Assembly (NCBI GenBank): GCA_934232895.1
Contig: CAKQGH010000005.1
Span: 1,422 to 65,421, forward strand
Source: an uncultured Alphaproteobacteria bacterium
Lineage (GTDB): Bacteria > Pseudomonadota > Alphaproteobacteria > Rs-D84
Length of the DNA: 64,000 nucleotides
Direction of reading: 5' to 3'
Part shown: positions 45,803 through 55,426 of the stretch, piece by piece
How the letters are laid out: the number at the start of each line of letters is the position of its first letter
How positions within the stretch are numbered: position 1 is the first letter of the stretch
Made by a program: the position numbers and the translations under genes
The notes under the pieces: generated by a model
Told to the model about the DNA's origin: nothing
Databases searched by the model: none
Seen by the model: only the letters and a program-made list of their open reading frames with translations

Positions 45803-46527
45803 ATTGCACGCACCACGCGACAGAAACTGACCGCGTATACGGCCGCGGCGCCCGCGCGAACCAGTGCATCGCGCAATTCGTTAAATGTCGCGCCAGTTGT
45901 CATAACATCATCAACCAATAAAATATTTTTCCCACGAATTTTGTCGGGCCGCACAACGCGAAACACACCGTGAATATTTTCGGCGCGTTGGCGCGCGTTT
46001 TTGTGTCCCATACTGGGGCGATGCGTGCGGCGAACACTGGTTAGATCCATGGGCACACCGTATGCACGTGCAATCGGACGCGCCAGTAATGTCGCCTGGT
46101 TATATGTACGATGACACAGTCGCAAATACGCCAATGGCACCGGCATTACTATATCGGGCCGAATATTGGCATCACGCAATGCCCAAATACACCCACGCGC
46201 CATAAAACGCGCGTATTGTGTACGACCACCATGTTTGAACGGCAACATTGCCGCACGTGACGCATCGTCGTATGCGCATGCACTGCGCACCAAATCCAAT
46301 TTACATGCGCCTGACGCGCATTTTGGACACAGCGGGCGCGGCCCCAAATCCAAATTTGCCGGGAACGGGTACCCACATCGCACACACTTTGGATCGGCAA
46401 TCCAATTAAATGCCGCCCAACAATCGGCGCATAATTCACCATGATTTGATACCGCCGCCGCACACAATGGGCACGACGGCGGGAACAGAAAGTCAACAAT
46501 GGAATAAAATATTTTACGAATTACCAA
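45799..46527 (-). CDS. comF: ComF family protein (double zinc ribbon plus phosphoribosyltransferase domain)
   Basis: The Cys pattern is CPLC...CADC...CVRCG...CPKC. The PRTase motif is ILLVDDVMTTGAT. Confidence 0.85.
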   Translation of the reverse strand: MVIRKIFYSIVDFLFPPSCPLCAAAVSNHGELCADCWAAFNWIADPKCVRCGYPFPANLDLGPRPLCPKCASGACKLDLVRSACAYDDASRAAMLPFKHGGRTQYARFMARGCIWALRDANIRPDIVMPVPLAYLRLCHRTYNQATLLARPIARAYGVPMDLTSVRRTHRPSMGHKNARQRAENIHGVFRVVRPDKIRGKNILLVDDVMTTGATFNELRDALVRAGAAAVYAVSFCRVVRAI

Positions 46528-47852
46528 GTCATACTTTTATATGTTTTCTTGCCCAATGTATCGCCAAACATATCGCGACGTTTTTGGGTCAATGTTTCAT
46601 ATTGGTCGTTTGAAATCATACGCAAAACAAATCCGTCTTCGTTCCGACTGGACAGAACCGGCAATATACGTTGTTCGGAAACACCGCTGTCACGCAAGAC
46701 TTGTTCTACAATTGCCAAACGGCGCGCCGCCAATTTGCGCGCATCGGAACCGGTTGTCACATTTTGCGGTATGGCAACCTGAATCGCACGGGTCGGGTTT
46801 GCCAAAACAATTCCCGCATATTCAGACAGCAAATTGTAATTATCACGCGACAGCGCCGCGTCGTCATTACGGAATTTGATTTTTATTTCCAACGGACGAA
46901 TTCCACCGCTTTCCGATAAATCACGTGATGATGTAAAATTCCCAGTTGAAACCGACATATCACTGACAACATCAAAACGGTCATCAATTTGATATGTGGA
47001 CAGATGTTTATTTTCTGACAAGAATGTTTTACGGAAAGCCTTGCGCAATTCGGTTGGTGTCATTTTTGTCATATCGTCACGCACCGCGGCAATACGCGGC
47101 GATTCGGATTTTTCGACCGCGCGAATTATCACATCGTTTTCCATTGGCACAACCATACGCGATAATTTTACTGGCGCATCATCTGCAACGGGCGTGGCAC
47201 TTGCAACACGGGCAACCGGTGCGACATTTTTGCTGACTATGTTGACATCGGCGGTGGTGGTGGCGGGCACAGTATCGGCACGGGCCACAACATCACGTAC
47301 AGGCGCGGATTTAACACTTTCGTCGGCACGACGTTGTAATTCATTCAGATATGCAATCTGTGCATCAATTTCAGACATTGGTGCAACATCACGTGCGACA
47401 ACATTCGTGGCGGCACGCGGTGCAACATTTTTACGCGGCGCGGCGTCTAAATCTTCCTCGGGTAAAATGGCATCACTGCGAATAACGGCGAATTCCGATG
47501 CCGATGGCATACGCAATGGGGCATCGCTGCGCGCCCATAAATCGGCACTGGGGCGGTTGGGCACCAAAACATCGGCGCGGGCGGCAATTTTTTCACCCGT
47601 ATCAACCGACGCCTTTGCCGGTGTGGCAACCGGCGCGACCGTTTTTTTCGAACTGCGCGCGACAACCTTTTTATTTTTTACAACCGGTATTGCCGATGAC
47701 TGGGCGGCCGGCGCCGCGACGGGCGCAGCCTCGCCAAACATGGAACGCGCGGAAACACCGCCTGCGGCGATGTTCACAACCGGCAGACGGGCGTCCCCAA
47801 ATGCCGGCAACATAACAAATAATGATAATACAGAAACAGCGATTTTACGCAT
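46521..47852 (-). CDS. Secreted protein with a possible OmpA/MotB-like C-terminal domain
   Basis: The start at MRKIAVSVLSLFVMLPAFG (signal peptide) is preferred. The middle is Ala/Pro/Val-rich. The C-terminus, LSRDNYNLL...ARKLAARRLAIVEQVLRDSGVSEQRI, loosely fits an OmpA-like pattern. Confidence 0.55.
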   Translation of the reverse strand: MRKIAVSVLSLFVMLPAFGDARLPVVNIAAGGVSARSMFGEAAPVAAPAAQSSAIPVVKNKKVVARSSKKTVAPVATPAKASVDTGEKIAARADVLVPNRPSADLWARSDAPLRMPSASEFAVIRSDAILPEEDLDAAPRKNVAPRAATNVVARDVAPMSEIDAQIAYLNELQRRADESVKSAPVRDVVARADTVPATTTADVNIVSKNVAPVARVASATPVADDAPVKLSRMVVPMENDVIIRAVEKSESPRIAAVRDDMTKMTPTELRKAFRKTFLSENKHLSTYQIDDRFDVVSDMSVSTGNFTSSRDLSESGGIRPLEIKIKFRNDDAALSRDNYNLLSEYAGIVLANPTRAIQVAIPQNVTTGSDARKLAARRLAIVEQVLRDSGVSEQRILPVLSSRNEDGFVLRMISNDQYETLTQKRRDMFGDTLGKKTYKSMTW

Positions 47853-47922
47853 TTTCCTTTCCTTCCTGATCCAATCATAGAACAAATGACGAATCGGGCG
47901 CAAGCGGAAAATGCGTTTCGCC

Positions 47923-48969
47923 CTATTTTGTTATTTCATTGGCGATTTTTTCAACCGCGGTATTTTCCACACGCGATTTTTCCGCCATTTTAACCAGGCG
48001 CGCCGGGTTATCAAATAAATCGGACAATGTGGCCGTCAACCACCGCGGCGTAAACTTGGACTGTTCAATGGAAAACCCACCACCCAGCGACGCAAAACTG
48101 GTCGCGTTTGCCGCCTGGTCCGGGTTTATCCCCAGCGGCACCAGTATTGCCGCGCGACCAATTGTTTCCAATTCTATGACCGTGCTGGCCCCACTGCGCC
48201 CGATTACCAAATCAGACGCGGCGATTGTTCCCGCCATATCGTGAATAAACGACAACACATTTGCGCGAATTTTGTTGTCGGCATAAAATTTTTGCAACCG
48301 CGCGACATTTTCAGGCCGCGTTTGATGCGTGACGAAAATCTTTTTATTTTTCATTGCCGCAATTGCTGCCGGCACAACATCATCCAAAATTTGTGCGCCC
48401 TGGGAACCACCGGTGACCAAAATTTTACCGGCATTGGGAATTGGCGCACCCGCCAAATCCAAAAATTCGTGTCGCACCGGCAGACCCGTATACACCACGC
48501 GTGCCGCACAATTTTTTGGAACACCGTTTACGGTTGGGAAACTGGTCATCAATGTTTTTACCCACCGAAGTGCAAATTTATTTGCACGACCAATCGCCGC
48601 ATTTTGTTCATGCAAAAATGTTGGCACATGCCACAGGTGCGCCGCGAACACCGCTGGCACCGACGCATACCCGCCAAACGCAACCAATTTATCGGGGCGC
48701 GAAAACATAAAACGCAACGACAACGCCGCCGCCGACACACCAATTTTGGATAATGCAATCACCTGGTGCAGGCGACTTTTGGCACCAACGCCCGACGCCC
48801 AAACATGTGCAATTTTTGCCCCATGGGGTGCACCATCGCGCACCATTTTATCAACGCGACCATCGGCCGATATTGTAATTTTATGACCACGCGCGGCCAA
48901 TTCGGTCGCCACACTCAACGCCGGAAAAACATGTCCACCCGTACCACCTGTTGCAATCCATATTTTCAT
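47923..48969 (-). CDS. murG: UDP-N-acetylglucosamine--N-acetylmuramyl-(pentapeptide) pyrophosphoryl-undecaprenol GlcNAc transferase
   Basis: It starts MKIWIATGGTGGHVFPALSVA and is 348 aa. It lies downstream of ftsW. Confidence 0.95.
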   Translation of the reverse strand: MKIWIATGGTGGHVFPALSVATELAARGHKITISADGRVDKMVRDGAPHGAKIAHVWASGVGAKSRLHQVIALSKIGVSAAALSLRFMFSRPDKLVAFGGYASVPAVFAAHLWHVPTFLHEQNAAIGRANKFALRWVKTLMTSFPTVNGVPKNCAARVVYTGLPVRHEFLDLAGAPIPNAGKILVTGGSQGAQILDDVVPAAIAAMKNKKIFVTHQTRPENVARLQKFYADNKIRANVLSFIHDMAGTIAASDLVIGRSGASTVIELETIGRAAILVPLGINPDQAANATSFASLGGGFSIEQSKFTPRWLTATLSDLFDNPARLVKMAEKSRVENTAVEKIANEITK

Positions 48970-48981
48970 GTTATGTTTCCT

Positions 48982-50121
48982 TTATCTCCATTTATCCTCG
49001 CGTACCAATGCCAACACCATACCGAACAACAGACAAAACGCCACAAACGAACTGCCCCCGTATGATATGAATGGCAATGTCATACCCTTGGCCGGCATCA
49101 AACGCAAAGTCGTTGCCAGGTTTATGCACACCTGGGTTCCGAACAGTGCCGCCGCACCGCCCGCCGCATAAAATACGAACGGGTCACGCGCATGCAATGC
49201 GTCGGTCGTTAAACGCTTTAACACATAAATCAACAATCCCAACACCGCACACGCCATAATTGCACCCAAATCTTCGGCGATTGTTGCAAATATAAAATCG
49301 GTATGTGCGTCGGGCAAATATTCTTTGACAAATGCGTCGTCGCCACTGCCCAACAAACCACCGTGCTGTATAGATTGAACCGATTGGCGAACCTGGTATG
49401 TATTTCCGGTACCGGTTAAAAACGCCAGCACACGACCGTGTACATGCGACATGGTAAAAAATGCAACCACACCGCCAAGGCCAACAATACCAACCGCCCC
49501 CCATACCAGCATCGCGGGCAACCCCGCCATAAACATCATTGCGCCCAATACCGCACAATACAACAACGATGTCCCAACATCGGGGTGTTTGAATATAATC
49601 AGCAATGCAGGCACGAACACCGCCAGATATGTCCACCAACTGATTTTTTTGAATTGCCACGCCTGTTTATTGGTGAATATGTCCGCCCCATACAGCGATT
49701 TCATTCGCGCCAAAAACCACGCGGTAATAATGATAAAACCGGGCTTCATAATATCAGACGGCATAATGTTAAACGGCCCAATTGACACAAACCGGGCCGA
49801 GCCCTTGATAACATGGGGCGCTGCAAATGTCACCAACAGCAACAACAACCCGACCATTACATTCAATGCCGATATACCCAAAACCCATTTTTTGTTCAAC
49901 ATACTGACCCCGAACAAAGTGGTCAATCCAATCAGGTAAAACGGTATCGCCTTTTTCAAGAAAAAGTACCACGGCATGTGAATACGGTCGGCGGCAACAC
50001 TGCCCGCGGAAATTACATACATAACGCCAATTGCAACCAATACCAGCACCGTACCCAACAGACGCCGGTCTATTTCAAAATGCCAATTGGTAAATTTGCT
50101 GTCTTCTGTTCTTGCGACCAT
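48982..50121 (-). CDS. ftsW: SEDS-family cell division protein FtsW
   Basis: It is a polytopic SEDS-type protein in dcw context between mraY and murG. The start is uncertain, as the ORF extends to 50202. Confidence 0.9.
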   Translation of the reverse strand: MVARTEDSKFTNWHFEIDRRLLGTVLVLVAIGVMYVISAGSVAADRIHMPWYFFLKKAIPFYLIGLTTLFGVSMLNKKWVLGISALNVMVGLLLLLVTFAAPHVIKGSARFVSIGPFNIMPSDIMKPGFIIITAWFLARMKSLYGADIFTNKQAWQFKKISWWTYLAVFVPALLIIFKHPDVGTSLLYCAVLGAMMFMAGLPAMLVWGAVGIVGLGGVVAFFTMSHVHGRVLAFLTGTGNTYQVRQSVQSIQHGGLLGSGDDAFVKEYLPDAHTDFIFATIAEDLGAIMACAVLGLLIYVLKRLTTDALHARDPFVFYAAGGAAALFGTQVCINLATTLRLMPAKGMTLPFISYGGSSFVAFCLLFGMVLALVREDKWR

Positions 50122-50208
50122 AGTGGTATTATACCACGATTTTTGTGAAAATATACTGGAACAAATATATTTTATTAAAAAGCCCCGCACGCGGCGGGGC
50201 AACCATAT

Positions 50209-51297
50209 TTATGCGAATTTTAATAACACCAGTGCCAATCCCGAAAACAGTACCGACATTATGAAAAATCTGTCGACTATTTTTGTTTCGACCCAACCCA
50301 ATTCTTCGAAATGGTGGTGCAATGGCGCGCGCAGGAATATACGACGCCCGGTCCCGGTAATTTTACGCGTAATTTTGAAATACATGGTTTGTGTAAACGA
50401 CGACAGCAATATGATAACCATCATCCCCGCGGCAATGCCCATAATGATTTCTGATTTTAACAACATTGCAACCGTGCCCATAAATCCGCCCAGTGCCAGC
50501 GACCCCACATCGCCCATAAATATTGCGGCCGGACGCGCGTTGTACCATAAAAAGCCCAGCACCGCGCCAAACGCCGCACCCAATGGCGCATACAGCCCCG
50601 ATGCCCCAGGCAAAAACATAACCGTATCCATAAACCCGATGCGCGTTGCACCATACAGTGCCACGACCAATACCACCAACACCGGCAGATATAGTTTAGC
50701 AAGCATTCCATCCAAACCATCGGTGATATTAGTGGCATTTGCCGACCCACAAATTACAAAGTATGCAAATACATAATACAACACCCCAAGTGGCAGAATA
50801 ATTCCCGCCCCCAGTGCAACCGAATATTCCGGAATATATGGCGGCATTGTACGGTTTATCATATACGCCAATGCGATGACGCATATTCCTTCGACCACCA
50901 GACGGGTCAACGGCGACAGGCCGTTTGCCGCCTTTTTCGATTGCGATGTGACCTTTTTATAATCGTCGATAAAGCCAATCAAACCGAACATAACCAATGC
51001 GGCCAGCGCAATCCACGCCGACGCATTGCCGGTTGGCATAAACAATACCGATGGAATTAAAATTGCCAACACAACCAAAATTCCACCCATGGTTGGCGTT
51101 CCCGCCTTTTGCCGGTGTGATTCGGGCACATTTTCACTGATGGGCTGGCCCTTTTTCTGCCACGCATGCATGGCCGCAATAAACGGTCGCCCAAACAACA
51201 GCATTATCAAAAATGCCACACCAAACGCCGCGGCAAATTGGGTCCAACCACTGGCAAAAAAAGAATAGCCATGCGCCAGAAAAAAATTAGTCAGCAT
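50209..51297 (-). CDS. mraY: Phospho-N-acetylmuramoyl-pentapeptide transferase
   Basis: It is 362 aa with 10-TM-type organisation. It reads GTPTMGG...NATNITDGLDG...FMGDVGSLALGG. Confidence 0.96.
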   Translation of the reverse strand: MLTNFFLAHGYSFFASGWTQFAAAFGVAFLIMLLFGRPFIAAMHAWQKKGQPISENVPESHRQKAGTPTMGGILVVLAILIPSVLFMPTGNASAWIALAALVMFGLIGFIDDYKKVTSQSKKAANGLSPLTRLVVEGICVIALAYMINRTMPPYIPEYSVALGAGIILPLGVLYYVFAYFVICGSANATNITDGLDGMLAKLYLPVLVVLVVALYGATRIGFMDTVMFLPGASGLYAPLGAAFGAVLGFLWYNARPAAIFMGDVGSLALGGFMGTVAMLLKSEIIMGIAAGMMVIILLSSFTQTMYFKITRKITGTGRRIFLRAPLHHHFEELGWVETKIVDRFFIMSVLFSGLALVLLKFA

Positions 51298-51353
51298 AAA
51301 AATCTCCTTCTTATGCCGACCATTTTATCACAAACTGGGTATAAAATAAAAAA

Positions 51354-51668
51354 CTATTTAGCGTTGCATTCCATTGAAACGGCCGTATCATCATCGCCAA
51401 TAAACAGTGTCCATGCCGCCCCCTTGTTCCACAGGGTGATAGGCGTATCGTTTAACACCCCAACAAAACGCGCGCCCGATGCCGATATGGCATGCGTCAA
51501 CACAACATCGTCGCCATTTATGTTGGCATTGATACCGTCACCAGCGTCAGATAATTTTATTTCAACATCATATTCGCCGCATTTTTGTGAAATAACATTT
51601 GTATCGGCCTGTTTATCACATGCCGCAACACAACCAACCGCAAATAATGCAAAAAATATTTTTTTCAT
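51354..51668 (-). CDS. MliC-like lipoprotein (putative C-type lysozyme inhibitor)
   Basis: The lipobox is FAVGC. The two-Cys frame reads CGEYDVEIKL...SASGARFVG...LWNKGAAWTL...MEC. Confidence 0.7.
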   Translation of the reverse strand: MKKIFFALFAVGCVAACDKQADTNVISQKCGEYDVEIKLSDAGDGINANINGDDVVLTHAISASGARFVGVLNDTPITLWNKGAAWTLFIGDDDTAVSMECNAK

Positions 51669-51706
51669 CTGTCCCTCCCATTCACATATTATATCAGAAT
51701 TTGTTA

Positions 51707-53764
51707 TTAAAACACACCACCAACCACAGGTTTTTTATCCGTACGCGCCCGCACAGGTGCCGGGTTTGGCGATTGGCCGGGCTTGAAAGCCTCGGTAATA
51801 ATGGTGCCATCGGGATCGGCGGCGGCGGATGCGCCACTGCGCCGATTGACACGCATAAATGTCAACCCATCGGGCACCGCAAATGGTTGGTTTTTCTGGC
51901 CCGCCAATGCCACCCGCATAAAATCGGCAAATACGCGTGCGGCCTGGTGACTGCCCGCGCCACGGCCCAGCGGCCGCGGTGTATCAAACCCCAAATACAC
52001 GCCAGCAATCAGGTTTTTAGAAAAACCGACAAACCATACATCCTTGACATCATTTGTTGTGCCCGTTTTGCCGGCAATCGTGTGACCCGGGACGCGCGCC
52101 TGTTTACCCGTGCCGCGTTCAACGGTGCCCTGTAATATAGAAACCAATTGATATAAACTCTGTGGATCAGACAATGGTTCTGATTCGGCGACCTGTTCTG
52201 GTGGCAACATATCTGGCGACCATTCAACAATTTGTGGGGCGGCGCCATTTATGACACGCCCATATCTGTCCTCGACATAATCGACCAATTTTGGTTTTAT
52301 CACGCGCCCACCGTTTACAAATGCCGAATAGCCCAACACCAGGTTTTCCAATGTTGTTTCACCCGACCCCAACGCCAACGACAAATTTACATTACGCAAA
52401 TTTTCCGGATACACGCCGAAACGTTGTGCAACCTCGATAGCATTTTGTGTGCCAATTTTTTCAACCAAACGCACGGCCGGCACATTGCGCGATGTTTCCA
52501 ACGCCAACCGCAATGGCACATCACCCAAGAATTTTTTATCATAGTTTTCGGGTTTCCATAAACTGTCATCTTCGCGCCAACCAACAATTGGTGCATCCAA
52601 AATCATACTTTCGGGCGACATACCGCGTTCCAGTGCCGCCAGGTATACAAACGGTTTTATTGTGGAACCAATTTGACGCATTGCCTGGGTCGCACGGTTA
52701 AACGAACTGTCCGCAAACGAACGGCCGCCGGCCATCGCAACAATGCGCCCCGTATGCGGATTCATGGCAATTATTGCGCCCTGTAATTTTGGTTCATGTT
52801 CACCACGATTCGTATTGTACCGGTCCAATTCCTTGTTCAATGCCGCCGATGCCGCGCGTTGTAATTCCGGGACAATGGTTGTTTTTATATACAGACCATC
52901 GTTGTATAATTTTTCGCGTCCCAATTCATTCACCAATTGACGACGCACATCTTCGGCAAAATATTGGAATTCCGGTTCCATTTGCGCGGTAAAACCACTG
53001 TTTATATTCAACGGTTCTGCCGCCGCGTCCGCCGCCTGGTCACGCGTTATATATTTTTCTTCGACCATACGGCGCAAAACATAGTTGCGGCGTTCAACCG
53101 CACGGTCGCGATTATTTGGTGCCTTGGGCAAAGATGCCAAAAACGCGCATTCGGCCAACGATAATTCCGACACCGGTTTGTTAAAATACATCAATGCCGC
53201 CGAACCCACGCCATACGCACGCGCGCCCAAGAATATTTGATTCAAATACAATGTCATTATATGTTGTTTTGAAAATGTGCGTTCCAGACGCAGCGCCAAT
53301 ATAGCCTCTTTAATCTTGCGCGAAATTGTGCGTTCTGATGTCAGAAAGAAATTTTTTGCAACCTGTTGCGTGATGGTCGATGCACCGGAAAAACTGGCAT
53401 GGAACCCCAGTGCGCCCAATGTATTGTTTGCCAATGCACGAATTATACCCTGGATATCAATGCCGGGGTGTGTCCAGAAATTTTGATCCTCGGCCGCGAC
53501 AAAGGCATTCACCAACATCGGCGGCATATCGGCGAAATCGATAAAAACACGACGTTCTTCGGCATATTCAATCAACAACGCCCCATCCGATGCATACAGG
53601 CGCGTCGCCACCGGTGGCGCGTATGTGGCCAATTTTTTATAGTCCGGCAAATCATTGCCATAAATCAAAACCGCCGCGGCCAACGCAGCAACCCCGGCCG
53701 TTAAACACCAGAAAAATATATTCAATAAAATGCGAAAAATTTTTTTGAATTTCATATCGTGCAA
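51707..53764 (-). CDS. mrcA: Penicillin-binding protein 1A (bifunctional transglycosylase/transpeptidase)
   Basis: The glycosyltransferase motifs are EDQNFWTHPGID and RKIKEAILA. The transpeptidase motifs are STIKPF (SxxK) and KTGTTN. Confidence 0.93.
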   Translation of the reverse strand: MHDMKFKKIFRILLNIFFWCLTAGVAALAAAVLIYGNDLPDYKKLATYAPPVATRLYASDGALLIEYAEERRVFIDFADMPPMLVNAFVAAEDQNFWTHPGIDIQGIIRALANNTLGALGFHASFSGASTITQQVAKNFFLTSERTISRKIKEAILALRLERTFSKQHIMTLYLNQIFLGARAYGVGSAALMYFNKPVSELSLAECAFLASLPKAPNNRDRAVERRNYVLRRMVEEKYITRDQAADAAAEPLNINSGFTAQMEPEFQYFAEDVRRQLVNELGREKLYNDGLYIKTTIVPELQRAASAALNKELDRYNTNRGEHEPKLQGAIIAMNPHTGRIVAMAGGRSFADSSFNRATQAMRQIGSTIKPFVYLAALERGMSPESMILDAPIVGWREDDSLWKPENYDKKFLGDVPLRLALETSRNVPAVRLVEKIGTQNAIEVAQRFGVYPENLRNVNLSLALGSGETTLENLVLGYSAFVNGGRVIKPKLVDYVEDRYGRVINGAAPQIVEWSPDMLPPEQVAESEPLSDPQSLYQLVSILQGTVERGTGKQARVPGHTIAGKTGTTNDVKDVWFVGFSKNLIAGVYLGFDTPRPLGRGAGSHQAARVFADFMRVALAGQKNQPFAVPDGLTFMRVNRRSGASAAADPDGTIITEAFKPGQSPNPAPVRARTDKKPVVGGVF

Positions 53765-53832
53765 AGTTTAAGATATTTATTTTCACTTTGCAAGTACGCA
53801 TAGTCACAAAAAAATGGGGCGGCGCCCCATTT

Positions 53833-54537
53833 TTACAATTCGACTTTACCATTTGTGGCAATTAAATCCGCACCCATGGCGATTTGACCGCCGGCCTCGC
53901 GCACTAATAAATCACCCGCGGCAATTTCGGCGAAATCCAATGGTTCGGATACAAACCCATCAAATTTACCCGACGCGACCCACGCCAAATCCAATGCCGG
54001 GCATCCCGTACGACGCACCGCCGCACCAATATTGCGCGCATCGTTTGTGTTCAACGCAACCGTCGCATCCGACAAATCGACAATATTTGATACCTTGACC
54101 CGGGCGGAATGGAATGCCGAAAACGCGTACGCACCGCGACCATCCTCGGCATAATACAGGCGTTCATCAATTGGGGAATAAACCAATGCGATTTTTGTTT
54201 CGTCATTCGTGCGCAACGCCAACGATATTGCAAAATGTGGATTTGCACGTACAAAATTCGCCGCACCAGACAACGACAGCACAAATTCGTCGCGCCCATC
54301 ACCACTGCGCGAAACATTTGGCGTCAACAATCCGGCCGACGGACGCACCAACAACAGGTCCGACAGAATGCTTTCTTCGATACGGGCGGATGCCTTTTGA
54401 ACAAAATCGCGCGCCCCATGCAGGGATTGTTGCAGGTTTTCAACCTCGCCAAAATCGTGGCGCAGGCCCGACGCCGTGCGTTGCAGGGCCATAAACATTT
54501 TGTTTAATTCGGTTGAACCTTTGATCAGCAATTCCAT
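53833..54537 (-). CDS. Inositol monophosphatase/SuhB-family protein with a degenerate metal-binding motif
   Basis: The family pattern LDFAEIAAGDLLVREAGG is retained. The usual (W/F)xxDPxDGTxNF motif reads FVLSLSGAANF instead. Confidence 0.7.
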   Translation of the reverse strand: MELLIKGSTELNKMFMALQRTASGLRHDFGEVENLQQSLHGARDFVQKASARIEESILSDLLLVRPSAGLLTPNVSRSGDGRDEFVLSLSGAANFVRANPHFAISLALRTNDETKIALVYSPIDERLYYAEDGRGAYAFSAFHSARVKVSNIVDLSDATVALNTNDARNIGAAVRRTGCPALDLAWVASGKFDGFVSEPLDFAEIAAGDLLVREAGGQIAMGADLIATNGKVEL

Positions 54538-54558
54538 TTTGGCGCCCCACCAGGTTTA

Positions 54559-54771
54559 TTAAAAATTGAATCCAGCAAATTTGCCCTTGAACTTTTCGAC
54601 GCGTTGGCCCTTTTCACCGGCGTTGTTGCGTTGGCCAGTCCATGCACTGTGGTTCAAATTATCGGTCGACAAAATCAAGTCTTTTTTAACAGATGAATAC
54701 ATTTTCACAGTTTTGCCATCTGTGCGTGTGACATTGATTTCATGATATTCTGGATGAATTCCTTTTTTCAT
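54559..54771 (-). CDS. rpmE: 50S ribosomal protein L31
   Basis: It starts MKKGIHPEYHEINV and is 70 aa. Confidence 0.93.
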   Translation of the reverse strand: MKKGIHPEYHEINVTRTDGKTVKMYSSVKKDLILSTDNLNHSAWTGQRNNAGEKGQRVEKFKGKFAGFNF

Positions 54772-54839
54772 CGTATTACCCTTTATTTAATTTTTTAGCC
54801 TGTGGATTATACAAGGATTTTTGCCGATTGCAAGAATTA

Positions 54840-55358
54840 TTAGTATCGACCGATGCACCCCAGGTATGAATTTCCAGTTGATTCCAGTATATTTATGAAC
54901 TGGCTTTGGTTTTTACCAGAAAACAGCGCCAATATCGTTCCGGCATCTGTGGCCAGCATATCGGCAACCGTCGCAATTCCCGAATTCATTTTCTTGAAAA
55001 AACCACTGGTCGGGTGAATTTCGGCGGCCAACAATTGATTTTGGCCATTTTTATGGCCACCCGCCACCGCATCACGCGATTGAATGACCATCAATTGACA
55101 TTCCGGGGAAATAATCAGTTTATCCGTCACAATTGCATCCGACCCCAGCAATTCGCCCCACCAACCCGTCGATTCACAAAAAACCGGGTAATATATTGTG
55201 GCATTCGGGTTATTGCGCATAATTTCCGCCACATCCAAATCATCGGTCATAACATCCGGCATAATACCCGTTGCCGTATTTATCACCCGTCGCGCCAAGC
55301 GGTAATCATTATCGCCGGTCGTTCTGCGTGGCCAATAAAGAATCGGAAACTGCTTCAT
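54840..55358 (-). CDS. Hypothetical protein (172 aa) downstream of the divergent VirB6-like paralog
   Basis: The ORF is clean, with no signal peptide or TM helix. I recognise no family. Confidence 0.55.
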   Translation of the reverse strand: MKQFPILYWPRRTTGDNDYRLARRVINTATGIMPDVMTDDLDVAEIMRNNPNATIYYPVFCESTGWWGELLGSDAIVTDKLIISPECQLMVIQSRDAVAGGHKNGQNQLLAAEIHPTSGFFKKMNSGIATVADMLATDAGTILALFSGKNQSQFINILESTGNSYLGCIGRY

Positions 55359-55426
55359 CAGTGTGAATTATATCAGATTCGGAATGCACAAAAAAGGGGG
55401 CCGCGTTAAATAAAGCACTTGATTTT

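Noticed and set aside
46996-47880. A 294-aa plus-strand ORF. Similar long antisense ORFs lie at 12629-13312, 15612-16286, 28936-29523, 50087-50776 and 59239-59922.
   Set aside because: Each lies entirely antisense to a gene with clear family motifs. Each has low-complexity Ala/Arg/Ser/Thr-rich translations. They are shadow ORFs.
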